Positions 27,388 through 38,212 of a stretch of 64,000 nucleotides of DNA are shown here, piece by piece (positions within the stretch are counted from its first letter, which is position 1; each line of letters begins with the position of its first letter). Both the position numbers and the translations under genes were made by a program. Location of the stretch: NCBI GenBank assembly GCA_018714485.1, contig DVNJ01000020.1:2668-66667 (forward strand), written 5' to 3'. Origin of the DNA: Candidatus Caccalectryoclostridium excrementigallinarum. Its GTDB lineage: Bacteria; Bacillota; Clostridia; Christensenellales; UBA3700. The notes under the pieces are model-generated. The model ran no database searches. It was not told the origin of the DNA and saw only the letters and a list, made by a program, of their open reading frames with translations.

Positions 27388-28757
27388 TTTTTCCCGCTTA
27401 TAGCGCGAGTTAAAGACCTTTCCCATGCTTGCGCTCGCCTGCAAGATGCGCTCGCGGGCGGCGGGAGTCTTTTTCCAATTCTCTTCGCCGTGCTCGATCT
27501 CGACCCGTCCCCTGCTCGTTCTGAACGGCGAGAGGAAGGAAGAGGGAGTGTAGCTTTCGCCTTCGAGCAGCTCTTCAAGCTCCTCAGCAGCTTTTTTTGC
27601 TTGGGATAAACGCGGATGAGGTCGCGCGCGATGAGATTTTTCACGCTGTCCTCGGGATATTCCGCCGCGGCGAAAAGGCGCGCGGGCGGCGCGGGAGAAA
27701 GCCCGTTTTGCTCGGCGACTTTTTGAATGAGTTCGAGCGCGCGCTTGACGCCCCTGCCCGACTTTATCTTCATGCCGCAGGGAACGGCTTGATATTTGAC
27801 CTTGTCCGACTGATCGACGCAGCGGTATTTTTCTGCCTGCTTTTCCGCCTCGAGCGGCAAAAACAGCCAAAGCGTCTTTCCGCGCAAGGTCATTTTCGCG
27901 ATCTTCGTCCTGCCGCGGTTGAAGACTGCGTCGTTCCACCCTATGCGGCACTTGACCTTTTTATGCGCGAGCAGGGCGTTGCTCAGCTGCGCGAAATATT
28001 CCTTGCTCTCAAACGACGCCAAGATGAGTTTGGCGGTGAAGGAGCGGGAGAGTTTCAGCCCCTTGGCTCTCTTGAACGCCGAAAGCAGCTTTTCGTCCTC
28101 GCTCTCCTGCGGCTCAATTTCAGCGGGCGCGCTCTCGCTCTCTTCGGGCGCCTGCTCGCTCTCTTCGGGCGCCTGTCCGCTCTCTTCGGGGATCTCTTCG
28201 GGCGCCTGGTTACTCTCTTCGGGTGCCTCTTCCGGCTCCTTGGCGCTCTCGCTCTCTTCGGGCGCCGCTATCGAGGCGGGTGCCTCTTCATATGCTCTTT
28301 CTTCCGTTGCCTGCTCTTTTGCTTGCGCGTCCTCTTGACTTTCGTCGCAGGCAATATCCGCGGCGACGGCGGCTTTGGGACTGCGCCTGAGCAGATAGAT
28401 GATATAAACAGCCAAGACGACAAAGACGACTTCGAGCGCGATCAAAGCGCCTATCTGCCACGCGGGCAGCGCGCCGCCGAACATAGCGGCGGCAAGCCCC
28501 TTATCGTCCTTGCCTTCTTTGTCCTTGACGCGCTTTTTGTCGCCGCGCTTGATCACGATCACGCCGACTATCTCCCCGAAGACGAGAAGGGCGAGAATGA
28601 GTATCAGATACCAGGCGTCGCCCTGCGGCTCACCGCTCCCGCCGCTCTCTTGGGCGACGGCAATGCCCGCGGGCGCAAAAAAGATAACAGCCGCCGTAAG
28701 CAGCAATAACAAAACGACGATCGCGGCGATCGCCGCAAAAGACCTTCCCTTGACCAT
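27385..28757 (-). CDS. Membrane-anchored protein with an acidic PEES-type repeat region; reading frame broken at an A7 run (27592-27598)
   Basis: Frame A (28757 down to about 27598) is protein-like. After the A7 run it degenerates into R/S-rich sequence that runs through the terminator. The -1 frame continues as AAEELEELLEGESYT... and stops at 27385, directly before the terminator. Confidence 0.7.
28128..28268 (-). repeat. In-frame ~21-nt tandem coding repeat (Q/E-A-P-E-E-S units)
   Basis: GCTCTCTTCGGGCGCCTG-type units are read directly on the plus strand. Confidence 0.6.
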
Positions 28758-28889
28758 ATTTTCTCCTTAGCTTGTGCGGATAGAGCAAACGCACGCCTTA
28801 ATATCAGTATAACACCGAGGAAAAATTTTGTCAAAAAAACACCGCGTCCAAATTGTACGCGGCAAAATAAAATAGTTTTAACGCCCTTG

Positions 28890-29309
28890 TCAGGCTATCT
28901 TTCTGAATTTATAGGTCTTGCCGCCGAAGACAAGCTCCATTATCTGATATTCGCTCGAATTGCTGCTCACGATATAGCAGCGCGCCGTGCCCTGCGAACC
29001 GTCCTCGAAAGTCATGGTGAGATTGAGCGCGTTTTTCTCCTCGTCCTTGTCATAATCGGCATAGACGGCTTTCCCCGCCTCGCGCAGCACGAACTCGTGC
29101 GCGTTCACCTCGCAGGATACGTTGAGCTTTTCCCCCTCCGACGCGGGCATGTTCGCGCCGTAGCCGACGATATTGCCCTTTTCGTCCCTGCACTCGATCA
29201 GATCCCACTGCCCTTCGGCGGAGACCCTCACGCCGCAGGCGGCGACCAGCCCGCCCATGGCGAGCGCGAGCAACGCGGCAAAAAACAAGAGAAAAGACCT
29301 TTTCTTCAT
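28890..29309 (-). CDS. Small hypothetical lipoprotein
   Basis: The protein has a signal peptide with lipobox LVAAC. Confidence 0.75.
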   Translation of the reverse strand: MKKRSFLLFFAALLALAMGGLVAACGVRVSAEGQWDLIECRDEKGNIVGYGANMPASEGEKLNVSCEVNAHEFVLREAGKAVYADYDKDEEKNALNLTMTFEDGSQGTARCYIVSSNSSEYQIMELVFGGKTYKFRKIA

Positions 29310-29428
29310 CCGTACCTCCGAAAATTATTATAAGCACGGCTGCGAAAAAAAATCAATAGGCGTTTTCGTAAAATAATTATAATTTACATTATATTTACAA
29401 CGCGCGAAAACCAATCCCATTGTATTTG

Positions 29429-29842
29429 CCCAAAAAATTATCGCCCCTATCGGAGCGAAATTTTTTAGGATTCAAACTCTCTTTCTCTTTATTAAAGGAG
29501 CTTTTTGCTCGCCTTGCTCGCAAAAAAGCCCTGGCCCAAAAAATTATCGCCCCTTACGGAGCGAAATTTTTTAGGACGTAACCTTCTCTTGTGCTTGTAT
29601 GGGAGCTTTTTGCTCGCTTTGCTCGCAAAAAAGCCCCGGCCCTAAAAATTATCGCTCCTTGCGGAGCGAAATTTTCGGGACTTATATCTTGTTTTCGTCC
29701 TAAAAAATCGCCCCTTACGGAGCGAAATTTTTTAGGACTTATACTATCTTGTGCTTGTATGGGAGCTTTTTGCTCGCTTTGCTCGCAAAAAAGCCCCGGC
29801 CCAAAAAAATATCGCCCCTTACGGAGCGAAATTTTTTAGGAC
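29429..29842 (-). repeat. Tandem array: five copies of the rpsU 3' end plus terminator hairpin (module A), interleaved with three copies of a second hairpin (module B)
   Basis: Module A copies start at about 29429, 29535, 29640, 29699 and 29800. The last one contains the rpsU stop codon. Module B copies lie at 29497-29534, 29601-29639 and 29761-29799. Confidence 0.85.
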
Positions 29843-30015
29843 TTATAACTGCGCTTTCTTGCGGCTTCCGCCTTCTTCTTGCGCTTTACGCTGGGCTTTT
29901 CGTATGCCTCTCTCTTGCGGAGTTCGCCGATGATGCCGTCGCGCGAGCACTTGCGCTTAAAACGCCTGATGGCGCTGTCCACGGATTCGTTCTCACCTAC
30001 CTTAACGGTCGACAT
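29836..30015 (-). CDS. rpsU: 30S ribosomal protein S21
   Basis: The protein reads [28 protein letters not shown].... A GGAGGTG RBS lies 6 nt upstream of the ATG at 30015. Confidence 0.95.
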   Translation of the reverse strand: MSTVKVGENESVDSAIRRFKRKCSRDGIIGELRKREAYEKPSVKRKKKAEAARKRSYKS

Positions 30016-30094
30016 ATACTTCACCTCCTTTCCGCTCTCGGATACGATTGCCTATATATTATAGTGAGCCGTTTTGCGATTTGTCAACGGTTTT

Positions 30095-30502
30095 TCAACT
30101 TTTGAGCGCAAGTTTTTCGCATAACTTTTCCATATCGGTCCCCTTCTTCGGCTTTGCGGGGAACATATCGATGCCGTCGCCGCTTTTGCGCGGTATGATA
30201 TGCATATGAAAATGGAAAACGCTCTGCTGCGCCGCCTCGCCCGAGCAGTTGAAGAGATCGACGCCCTCGTAGCCGCAGTCCTCCACATAGTGCCTGCTCA
30301 GCTTTTGCACGGTCGCCATGACCGCCGCCATGACCTCGCCCGGGCAGTCGAGCACGTTCACGCAATGCGCCTTGGGAATGACGAGCGTATGCCCTTCGTA
30401 ATCGTCGGCGATGTCGAGAAAGGCATAAGTCTTTTCGTCCTCATAGATCTTGAACGAAGGGATCTCTCCCCTCACTATCTTACAAAAAATGCAGTTGTCC
30501 AT
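30095..30502 (-). CDS. HIT-family nucleotide hydrolase
   Basis: The histidine triad HFHMHIIP is present. Confidence 0.9.
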   Translation of the reverse strand: MDNCIFCKIVRGEIPSFKIYEDEKTYAFLDIADDYEGHTLVIPKAHCVNVLDCPGEVMAAVMATVQKLSRHYVEDCGYEGVDLFNCSGEAAQQSVFHFHMHIIPRKSGDGIDMFPAKPKKGTDMEKLCEKLALKS

Positions 30503-30511
30503 ATCTTCCTC

Positions 30512-31750
30512 CTATTCGCACAAAACGCCGTCTTTGAACGGCTGCTTTGCCGCGACGTTTATTTCCTCGTTCTGCCGTCCGCTTCTCACATAGCAGCGCA
30601 CGTATTCCCCGCTCCAACCGACAAAATAGCCCTCTTTTTCCTCTTCGAGCAGGACGGAGAGCCGCTCTCCTTTGAGGGAATTTATGTATTTTTCCGCCAG
30701 GCGCCGCGCCGTCTCTTCCGCGCGCGCGACCCGCTCTTTGACCACCTCGGGCGGCAGAGGCTTGAAGAGTTTCGCCGCCGCCGTCCCCTTTCGCGGCGAA
30801 TAGCCGAAGACATGCACGCGCGAAAAGCCCACTCTCTCCAAAAGCTCGAGCGAGAGACGAAATTGCTCTTCGTCCTCGGTGGGAAAGCCGCAGATGAGGT
30901 CGGTGGTGATCCCCGCGCGCGGGAAAAACTCCCTGATCAGTCTCACCTTTTCCTCGTATTCCTCTCCCGTATAATGCCTGTTCATGCTCTTTAAGACCTT
31001 GCTCGAACCGCTTTGCAGCGAGAGATGAAACTGCGGACAAAAATTTTTCAGCCCTTTGAGCGCAGACAAAAATCCCTCGTCTATCACGCTCGCCTCGAGC
31101 GAACCCAGCCTCAGGCGCACCTTTACGCCGCTCAACGCGCACAGCAGTCCCGTCAGGCTCCCGCCCTCTTTTTTGCCGAAAGAGGAAAGGTCTATCCCCG
31201 TCAGAACTATCTCGCCCGTATGCGGCGCCAACTCGCCTATCTCGCGCACTATCTCCTCGAGAGATCGCGAACGGCTCCTGCCGCGCAGATAGGGAATGAG
31301 GCAGTAAGAGCAGAAATTGTCGCAGCCGTCCTGGACCTTGACAAAGGCGCGCGTGCGCTGAGGAAGAGGTCGGGTCGGGGGCGTAAAAACAAGGGGCAGG
31401 GGCAAAATACTCGTGAGTTTTTCGCCGAACTTTTCCGCCGCGAACTGCTTTCCCTCGACGCCCGTGACAAAAGTGACTCCCGCCGCTTTTTCAAAGAACT
31501 TCGGATCGTTTTGGCTCGCGCAGCCCATGACGACAACCTTCGCGTCCCCGTTATATTTGAGGCAGCGCGCCACGCATTGACGCGACTTACGCTCCGCCTC
31601 GCTCGTCACGGCGCAGGTATTGATCACGAACAAGTCGGCATAGCCGAGCTTATCCGAGACTTCGTGTCCCTTTTCGGCAAAGGCGCGCATGAGGCATTCG
31701 CACTCATACTTGTTCACCTTACAGCCCAAATTGCAGACGACGACCTTCAT
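30512..31750 (-). CDS. mtaB: tRNA threonylcarbamoyladenosine methylthiotransferase MtaB
   Basis: The protein has an N-terminal MTTase domain, the radical SAM motif CDNFCSYC and a TRAM-like C-terminus. The context matches the dnaJ-prmA-rsmE-mtaB order. Confidence 0.9.
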   Translation of the reverse strand: MKVVVCNLGCKVNKYECECLMRAFAEKGHEVSDKLGYADLFVINTCAVTSEAERKSRQCVARCLKYNGDAKVVVMGCASQNDPKFFEKAAGVTFVTGVEGKQFAAEKFGEKLTSILPLPLVFTPPTRPLPQRTRAFVKVQDGCDNFCSYCLIPYLRGRSRSRSLEEIVREIGELAPHTGEIVLTGIDLSSFGKKEGGSLTGLLCALSGVKVRLRLGSLEASVIDEGFLSALKGLKNFCPQFHLSLQSGSSKVLKSMNRHYTGEEYEEKVRLIREFFPRAGITTDLICGFPTEDEEQFRLSLELLERVGFSRVHVFGYSPRKGTAAAKLFKPLPPEVVKERVARAEETARRLAEKYINSLKGERLSVLLEEEKEGYFVGWSGEYVRCYVRSGRQNEEINVAAKQPFKDGVLCE

Positions 31751-32466
31751 CCGCCCAACTCTCCTCTTTCATACATCACGAGCGCGAGAGAAACGAGCGC
31801 CGCCGTCTCGCAGCGCAAAATGCGCTTACCCAGCGTGACGAGCTTAGCGCCCGCGGCGCGCGCTTTTTCCGCCTCTTCCTCGGAAAAGCCGCCCTCGCTG
31901 CCCACGATGAGATCCACGCTCCCGTCCTCTCCCGCGAGCGCGTCTTTGAGCCTGCCCTCGCTCTCGCGTTCGTAGGGCATGACCAACGTCTTTCCCTCGC
32001 GGCTTTCAAGGACCTTGTCGAAACTTTCGAGAAAGGCTATCTCCGCCACAGAGCTCCTGCCGCACTGCTTGCAAGCCTCGACGGCGATGCGAGAAAGGCG
32101 CTCGGAGTTGAACTTTTCCTCGGCGGAATATTGCGAGGCGAAAAAGACTATCTTCCCCGCGCCCAGCTCCACCGCCTTTTGCACGATAAAGTCCGCCTTC
32201 GTGCCCTTGGGCAACGCCTGGTAAAGGGTAAGCTCGAAGGGCGGATCGCCCGCGCATTTTTGCTTTTCCTCTATTTTCAAGACCGCCCTGCCGACCTCTA
32301 TGCTTTCTATGCGGCAAAGATAATCAAAGCCGTCGCCCGTGCAGGCGATCGCCTTATATCCCGCCTTATAGCGCAAGACCTTGGAAAGATGACGGAACTC
32401 CTCGCCGTCGACGAGCAAATATCCCATATTCGGATCGCCCGCGGCGAAAAATCGCTTTATCTCCAT
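31747..32466 (-). CDS. rsmE: 16S rRNA (uracil1498-N3)-methyltransferase RsmE
   Basis: The N-terminus is MEIKRFF... and the C-terminal SPOUT knot reads GSEGGFS. The start is either the ATG at 32466 or the GTG at 32481. Confidence 0.85.
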   Translation of the reverse strand: MEIKRFFAAGDPNMGYLLVDGEEFRHLSKVLRYKAGYKAIACTGDGFDYLCRIESIEVGRAVLKIEEKQKCAGDPPFELTLYQALPKGTKADFIVQKAVELGAGKIVFFASQYSAEEKFNSERLSRIAVEACKQCGRSSVAEIAFLESFDKVLESREGKTLVMPYERESEGRLKDALAGEDGSVDLIVGSEGGFSEEEAEKARAAGAKLVTLGKRILRCETAALVSLALVMYERGELGG

Positions 32467-33380
32467 AAGTATCCCGTCCACTCCTTTTCCGTTTGCTTTT
32501 CTTCGAGGGTAAATCCCGCGCTCTTCATCGCCTCTTCCACCTGCGCCGCGCGCGAGTTGATCACGCCCGACATGATGAGCGCGCCGCCCTCTTTGAGCCT
32601 ATCGCGGAAACTGTTGCTCATGGCGATGAGGACGTCGGCGGTGATGTTGGCGAGAATGACGTCGTATTTCCCCTCGGCGCACTCCTCGAGCGAGCCGAGC
32701 ACGATACGCACGCTGTCCTCGACTCCGTTGAGCCTCGCGTTGCGTTCCGCCGCCTCCACGGCGACGGGATCGATGTCGCAGGCGTCGGCATGCCTTGCGC
32801 CCGCCACGATCGCCGCCGCGGCGAGAATGCCGCTGCCGCAGCCCACGTCGATGACCTCTTCGCCGCCCTTTATCTCTTTTTGCAAAAGATAAAGGCAAAT
32901 GCGCGTGCTCTCGTGTTCGCCCGTCCCGAACGCCTGTCCGGGATCCATTTTGACTATCTTTTCGCCCTTTTTGGCGGCGTAATTTATCCATTCGGGGACG
33001 ACGACGAGCCTGCCCGTCTTGATGGGCGAATAATATTTTTTCCACTCCTCGTCCCAATTATCCGCCCTGATGAGCGCGCAGGTCAGCTCGAGCGAGCCCG
33101 TGTCGAAAGGGCAGTTTTTTCTCAGCTCTTCAAGGCGCTTTTTCAGCGCGTCAAGCTCCTTATCTTCCGCAAAGCAGCCCACCACGCGCACGACGGGATC
33201 GGCGCTCACCGCCTTTTCGTCCACATAATCCCAAATGACGTCGGAATTTATCAAAGAAGCGAAGTCCGAGCCGTCGTAAACGCTCGCGCCTTCGCTTCCC
33301 TCTTCGAACAAGACGTCCGCGACAAGTTCGCTCGCCGCGGAAGTCGTTTTGATAGTTACCTGTTTGACCTTTTTATTCAT
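32457..33380 (-). CDS. prmA: Ribosomal protein L11 methyltransferase
   Basis: The SAM motif DVGCGSGIL is present, and the gene sits directly downstream of dnaJ. Confidence 0.92.
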   Translation of the reverse strand: MNKKVKQVTIKTTSAASELVADVLFEEGSEGASVYDGSDFASLINSDVIWDYVDEKAVSADPVVRVVGCFAEDKELDALKKRLEELRKNCPFDTGSLELTCALIRADNWDEEWKKYYSPIKTGRLVVVPEWINYAAKKGEKIVKMDPGQAFGTGEHESTRICLYLLQKEIKGGEEVIDVGCGSGILAAAAIVAGARHADACDIDPVAVEAAERNARLNGVEDSVRIVLGSLEECAEGKYDVILANITADVLIAMSNSFRDRLKEGGALIMSGVINSRAAQVEEAMKSAGFTLEEKQTEKEWTGYLWR

Positions 33381-34495
33381 CTCTTCACGTATTTCGGACG
33401 CTGCCCTTCTTTGAGCGACTCATCGAACTCTCTGAGCAGTTTGAGCTGCTTTCTGTCCAAATTCCTCGGCGTGTCCACCTTGACGGTGACGTAAAGATCG
33501 CCGTAAACCTCGCGCTTCAGGATCTTCATTCCGTAGCCTTTGAGCCTGATCTTGGTGCCGCTCTGGACCGCCTCGGGGATCTTCAGCCGCGCGGGACCTT
33601 TCATCGTCTCCAGCTCTATCTCGCAGCCCGCCGCCGCGTCCAAAAACGTGACGTGCTGATCCATATAAAGATCGTTGTCTATGCGCTTATAGACAGGGCT
33701 GGGTCTGACGTCGAAGACGACGACGAGATTGCCCTTTTGTCCGCCGTTCCTGCCGCAGTTGCCCTCATAGCGAATGGTCATGCGCGTGCCTCTGTCCACG
33801 CCCGCGGGGATATCGAGCGTCTTGCTCACCTCGCGCCTGACATAGCCCGCGCCGCGGCAGTTCTTACACTTGTCGCTTATCACCTTGCCCTTGCCGCCGC
33901 AGTTGCTGCACACCGTGCGCACCGTCTGCGTGCCGAACATGGTCCGCTGCGTCTGGGTGACATAGCCGCTGCCGTGGCAGTAAGGGCAGACCTTGACCGA
34001 ACTGCTGTCCTTGGCGCCGCTGCCGTGACAGTCGGGGCATTCGTCGTCGCGGTAAAACTTGACCGTCTTTTTCACGCCGAAATAAGCCTCGTTGAAGTCG
34101 AGCGTCACCTGAATGGTGATGTCGTCGCCGTCTACGGGCGCGTTGGGATTGCGCCTGCCGCCGCCGAAACCGCCGAAGATGGAGCTTAAAATATCGTCGA
34201 AGCCGCCGCCCGAGAAGCCGGAAAATCCGCCGCCGCCCGAGAAGCCCTCAAAGCCCTGCGGACCGTCCTCGCTGCCGTATTGGTCGTAATTGGCGCGCTT
34301 GTTCTTGTCCGAAAGGACCTCATAGGCGTGGTTTATCTCCTTGAACTTCTCTTCCGCCGCCTTCTTCTCCTGTTCGCTCGCCGAGGCATACCTGTCGGGA
34401 TGATATTTGAGCGCCATCTTGCGATAAGCGCTCTTTATCTCATCCTCCGAGGCGCCCTTGTTCACGCCCAGCGTTTCATAGAGATCTTTTGCCAT
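33377..34495 (-). CDS. dnaJ: Molecular chaperone DnaJ
   Basis: The protein has a J domain with HPD, a G/F region and four CxxCxGxG zinc motifs. Confidence 0.97.
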   Translation of the reverse strand: MAKDLYETLGVNKGASEDEIKSAYRKMALKYHPDRYASASEQEKKAAEEKFKEINHAYEVLSDKNKRANYDQYGSEDGPQGFEGFSGGGGFSGFSGGGFDDILSSIFGGFGGGRRNPNAPVDGDDITIQVTLDFNEAYFGVKKTVKFYRDDECPDCHGSGAKDSSSVKVCPYCHGSGYVTQTQRTMFGTQTVRTVCSNCGGKGKVISDKCKNCRGAGYVRREVSKTLDIPAGVDRGTRMTIRYEGNCGRNGGQKGNLVVVFDVRPSPVYKRIDNDLYMDQHVTFLDAAAGCEIELETMKGPARLKIPEAVQSGTKIRLKGYGMKILKREVYGDLYVTVKVDTPRNLDRKQLKLLREFDESLKEGQRPKYVKR

Positions 34496-34496
34496 A

Positions 34497-36323
<1,827 letters not shown>

Positions 36324-36350
36324 ATTCTCTATCTCCTTAAAAAATTTTCT

Positions 36351-36866
36351 TTATTTGCCCACCACGACCATGGGGTGCCTGAGCACCTTATCGTCGCAGA
36401 GATAACCTTTTTTGAGAACTTGCAGGATCTTCCCCGCCTGTCCTTCTTCCTCGCGGCTCATCACCGCCTCATGCTTTTTGGGATCGAACTCTTCGCCCGT
36501 GGGGTCATATTCGCGCACTCCTTCGCGCGAGAGCACGTCCGCAAACGCCTTTTTGACCAGCTCCACGCCCTTGCGCTGTCCCTCGTCCTTGATGGCGGCG
36601 ATCGCCATGTCTAAATAGTCGAGCGTGGGGAGGATACTGTCTATCATATCCAATTTTCCGCTGCGGTACATGACTTTGCCGCTCTCGGCGTTGCGCCGCT
36701 TGAAATTCTCAAAGTCCGCCAGCAGTCTCAGATATCTGTCGCTAAGGTCGTCGTATTCCGCCTTGCTCACTGTCTCGGGCATGACGACTTCGACTTCCTC
36801 GCTCGCTTTTTCCTTTTTTTCGAACTCAAAGGTCTCAGCCTTTTCCTCCGGCTTTTTCTTAGCCAT
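36351..36866 (-). CDS. grpE: Nucleotide exchange factor GrpE
   Basis: The protein has a GrpE coiled-coil and a beta domain. It sits within the hrcA-grpE-dnaK operon. Confidence 0.95.
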   Translation of the reverse strand: MAKKKPEEKAETFEFEKKEKASEEVEVVMPETVSKAEYDDLSDRYLRLLADFENFKRRNAESGKVMYRSGKLDMIDSILPTLDYLDMAIAAIKDEGQRKGVELVKKAFADVLSREGVREYDPTGEEFDPKKHEAVMSREEEGQAGKILQVLKKGYLCDDKVLRHPMVVVGK

Positions 36867-37863
36867 TGCCGTCCTCCTTTTTACCTTTCGCCTCGGACAG
36901 CTTTCCCAGCGTCGTCAGCACTTTTATCACTTTTTTATAATCCATTCTCTCCGGTCCTATCACGCCTACATGCCCTATCTGCCTTCCCGAAAGCGAATAG
37001 CGCGCGCTCACGACCGCCATATTCTTCACGCCCTCTTCCGCGCCTATCTTAACGGTTATCTCCACGCCGTCGCCCTGCGTGAGTTCGTGCAGCTTGTCTT
37101 TTTGCGAGATGACGGACAAAAAGCCCTTGACGTTCTCCACGTCGCGGTATTCGGGATAGGCGAAGATCTTGTCCGCGCCTTCCACATAGACCTCGCCGCC
37201 CTCGGCATACTTGCGCAAAAGCGCGACTATCTGATCGAAAAGCGCCTTGAACTCCTCCACTCCCGCGACCACCTCGCCGCCGGCGATGCTCTTTATGCTC
37301 TTTCCCGCCATGGAGCCGTTGATGATGGCGCAGGCGGAATCCAAATATCCCTCTTCGCAGCCCGCGGGCAGGCTGATCACGTTGTCGCGCAGCACTCCCC
37401 CGTCCGTGATGATGACCACGAGCGCGGTGTCGTCGCCCAAGGAAACGAGCTTGACGTTTCTCACGATGAGATCGTCCACCCCTTCGAGCACCATGAGCGA
37501 AGTATAGTTGGTCACGTCGCTCACGACCTTGACCGCCTCTTTGACCACGCTCTCCACGCCCTCTATGCGCGCCCTGCCTTCCTGCTCCAAGTTGTCTATG
37601 TCCTCGGGCGTGACGTTCTCCATCAGCCTGTCCACATAAAAGCGGTACGCCTTGCTCGAAGGGACTCTGCCCGCGGAAACGTGCGGTTTGACCAAATATC
37701 CCATCTCTTCAAGTCCGGCAAGCTCGCTCCTTATCGTCGCGGTGGAGACGTCGGGCATGTAGCCTTGCTGAATGGCGGCGGACGAAATAGGTTCGGCGGA
37801 GGTGATATAACTGTCCACCACCGCTTGAAGAAGCCTTTTTTTCCTGTCAGTGAGTTTTTCCAT
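36859..37863 (-). CDS. hrcA: Heat-inducible transcription repressor HrcA
   Basis: The N-terminal winged helix reads RKKRLLQAVVDSYI. A CIRCE element lies upstream. Confidence 0.95.
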   Translation of the reverse strand: MEKLTDRKKRLLQAVVDSYITSAEPISSAAIQQGYMPDVSTATIRSELAGLEEMGYLVKPHVSAGRVPSSKAYRFYVDRLMENVTPEDIDNLEQEGRARIEGVESVVKEAVKVVSDVTNYTSLMVLEGVDDLIVRNVKLVSLGDDTALVVIITDGGVLRDNVISLPAGCEEGYLDSACAIINGSMAGKSIKSIAGGEVVAGVEEFKALFDQIVALLRKYAEGGEVYVEGADKIFAYPEYRDVENVKGFLSVISQKDKLHELTQGDGVEITVKIGAEEGVKNMAVVSARYSLSGRQIGHVGVIGPERMDYKKVIKVLTTLGKLSEAKGKKEDGNG

Positions 37864-37896
37864 TTTCCGCCTTTTGGCAATCGCGGCTTTTGAGTG

Positions 37897-37923
37897 TTAG
37901 CACTCGCCCTTATCGACTGCTAA
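37897..37923. promoter_or_regulatory. CIRCE operator (HrcA binding site)
   Basis: TTAGCACTC-N9-GACTGCTAA matches the consensus TTAGCACTC-N9-GAGTGCTAA with one mismatch. Confidence 0.9.
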
Positions 37924-37928
37924 TTCAT

Positions 37929-37956
37929 ATTATACACCACGCGGAAAATATGTCAA
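37929..37956 (-). promoter_or_regulatory. hrcA operon promoter
   Basis: On the minus strand, TTGACA is followed by a 16-nt spacer and TATAAT, immediately upstream of CIRCE. Confidence 0.75.
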
Positions 37957-38073
37957 CGGTTTTGCGTGTAAAATATAAGAAAAACCGTATCTCATGTCAA
38001 ACTGTCGATCGCCGAAAATGTCTTATCTCGGGCAGCTTTTGCGGCAGAAATACTTTTGAGAACTTTTCTTTCT

Positions 38074-38166
38074 ACTGAAAGATTTTGCGTTTTTTCGAAA
38101 AATCTTTCACTATACTGAACAATTTTGCTAAATTGCGAAAAATCTTTCAGTATAGTGAACAATTTT
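38074..38166 (+). promoter_or_regulatory. Three copies of an AAAATCTTTCA[C/G]T motif (one inverted, two within 31-nt direct repeats) upstream of the ATPase promoter
   Basis: The inverted copy is at 38074-38086. The direct repeats are at 38096-38126 and 38136-38166, with a 40-nt period. Confidence 0.6.
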
Positions 38167-38167
38167 C

Positions 38168-38196
38168 TTGACATAGGAGCATTTTTCGGTTAAAAT
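38168..38196 (+). promoter_or_regulatory. Promoter of the DUF4143 ATPase gene
   Basis: TTGACA (38168-38173) is followed by a 17-nt spacer and TAAAAT (38191-38196). A GAGGTG RBS precedes the ATG at 38213. Confidence 0.7.
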
Positions 38197-38212
38197 ATCG
38201 CTGAGGTGAAAT

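Noticed and set aside
29429-29842. Possible CRISPR array, because ~40-nt palindromic repeats recur regularly.
   Set aside because: The would-be spacers are themselves conserved (module B and the linker repeat). Spacing is irregular (58-105 nt). The repeat contains the rpsU stop codon and a T-run typical of a terminator. No cas genes are present.
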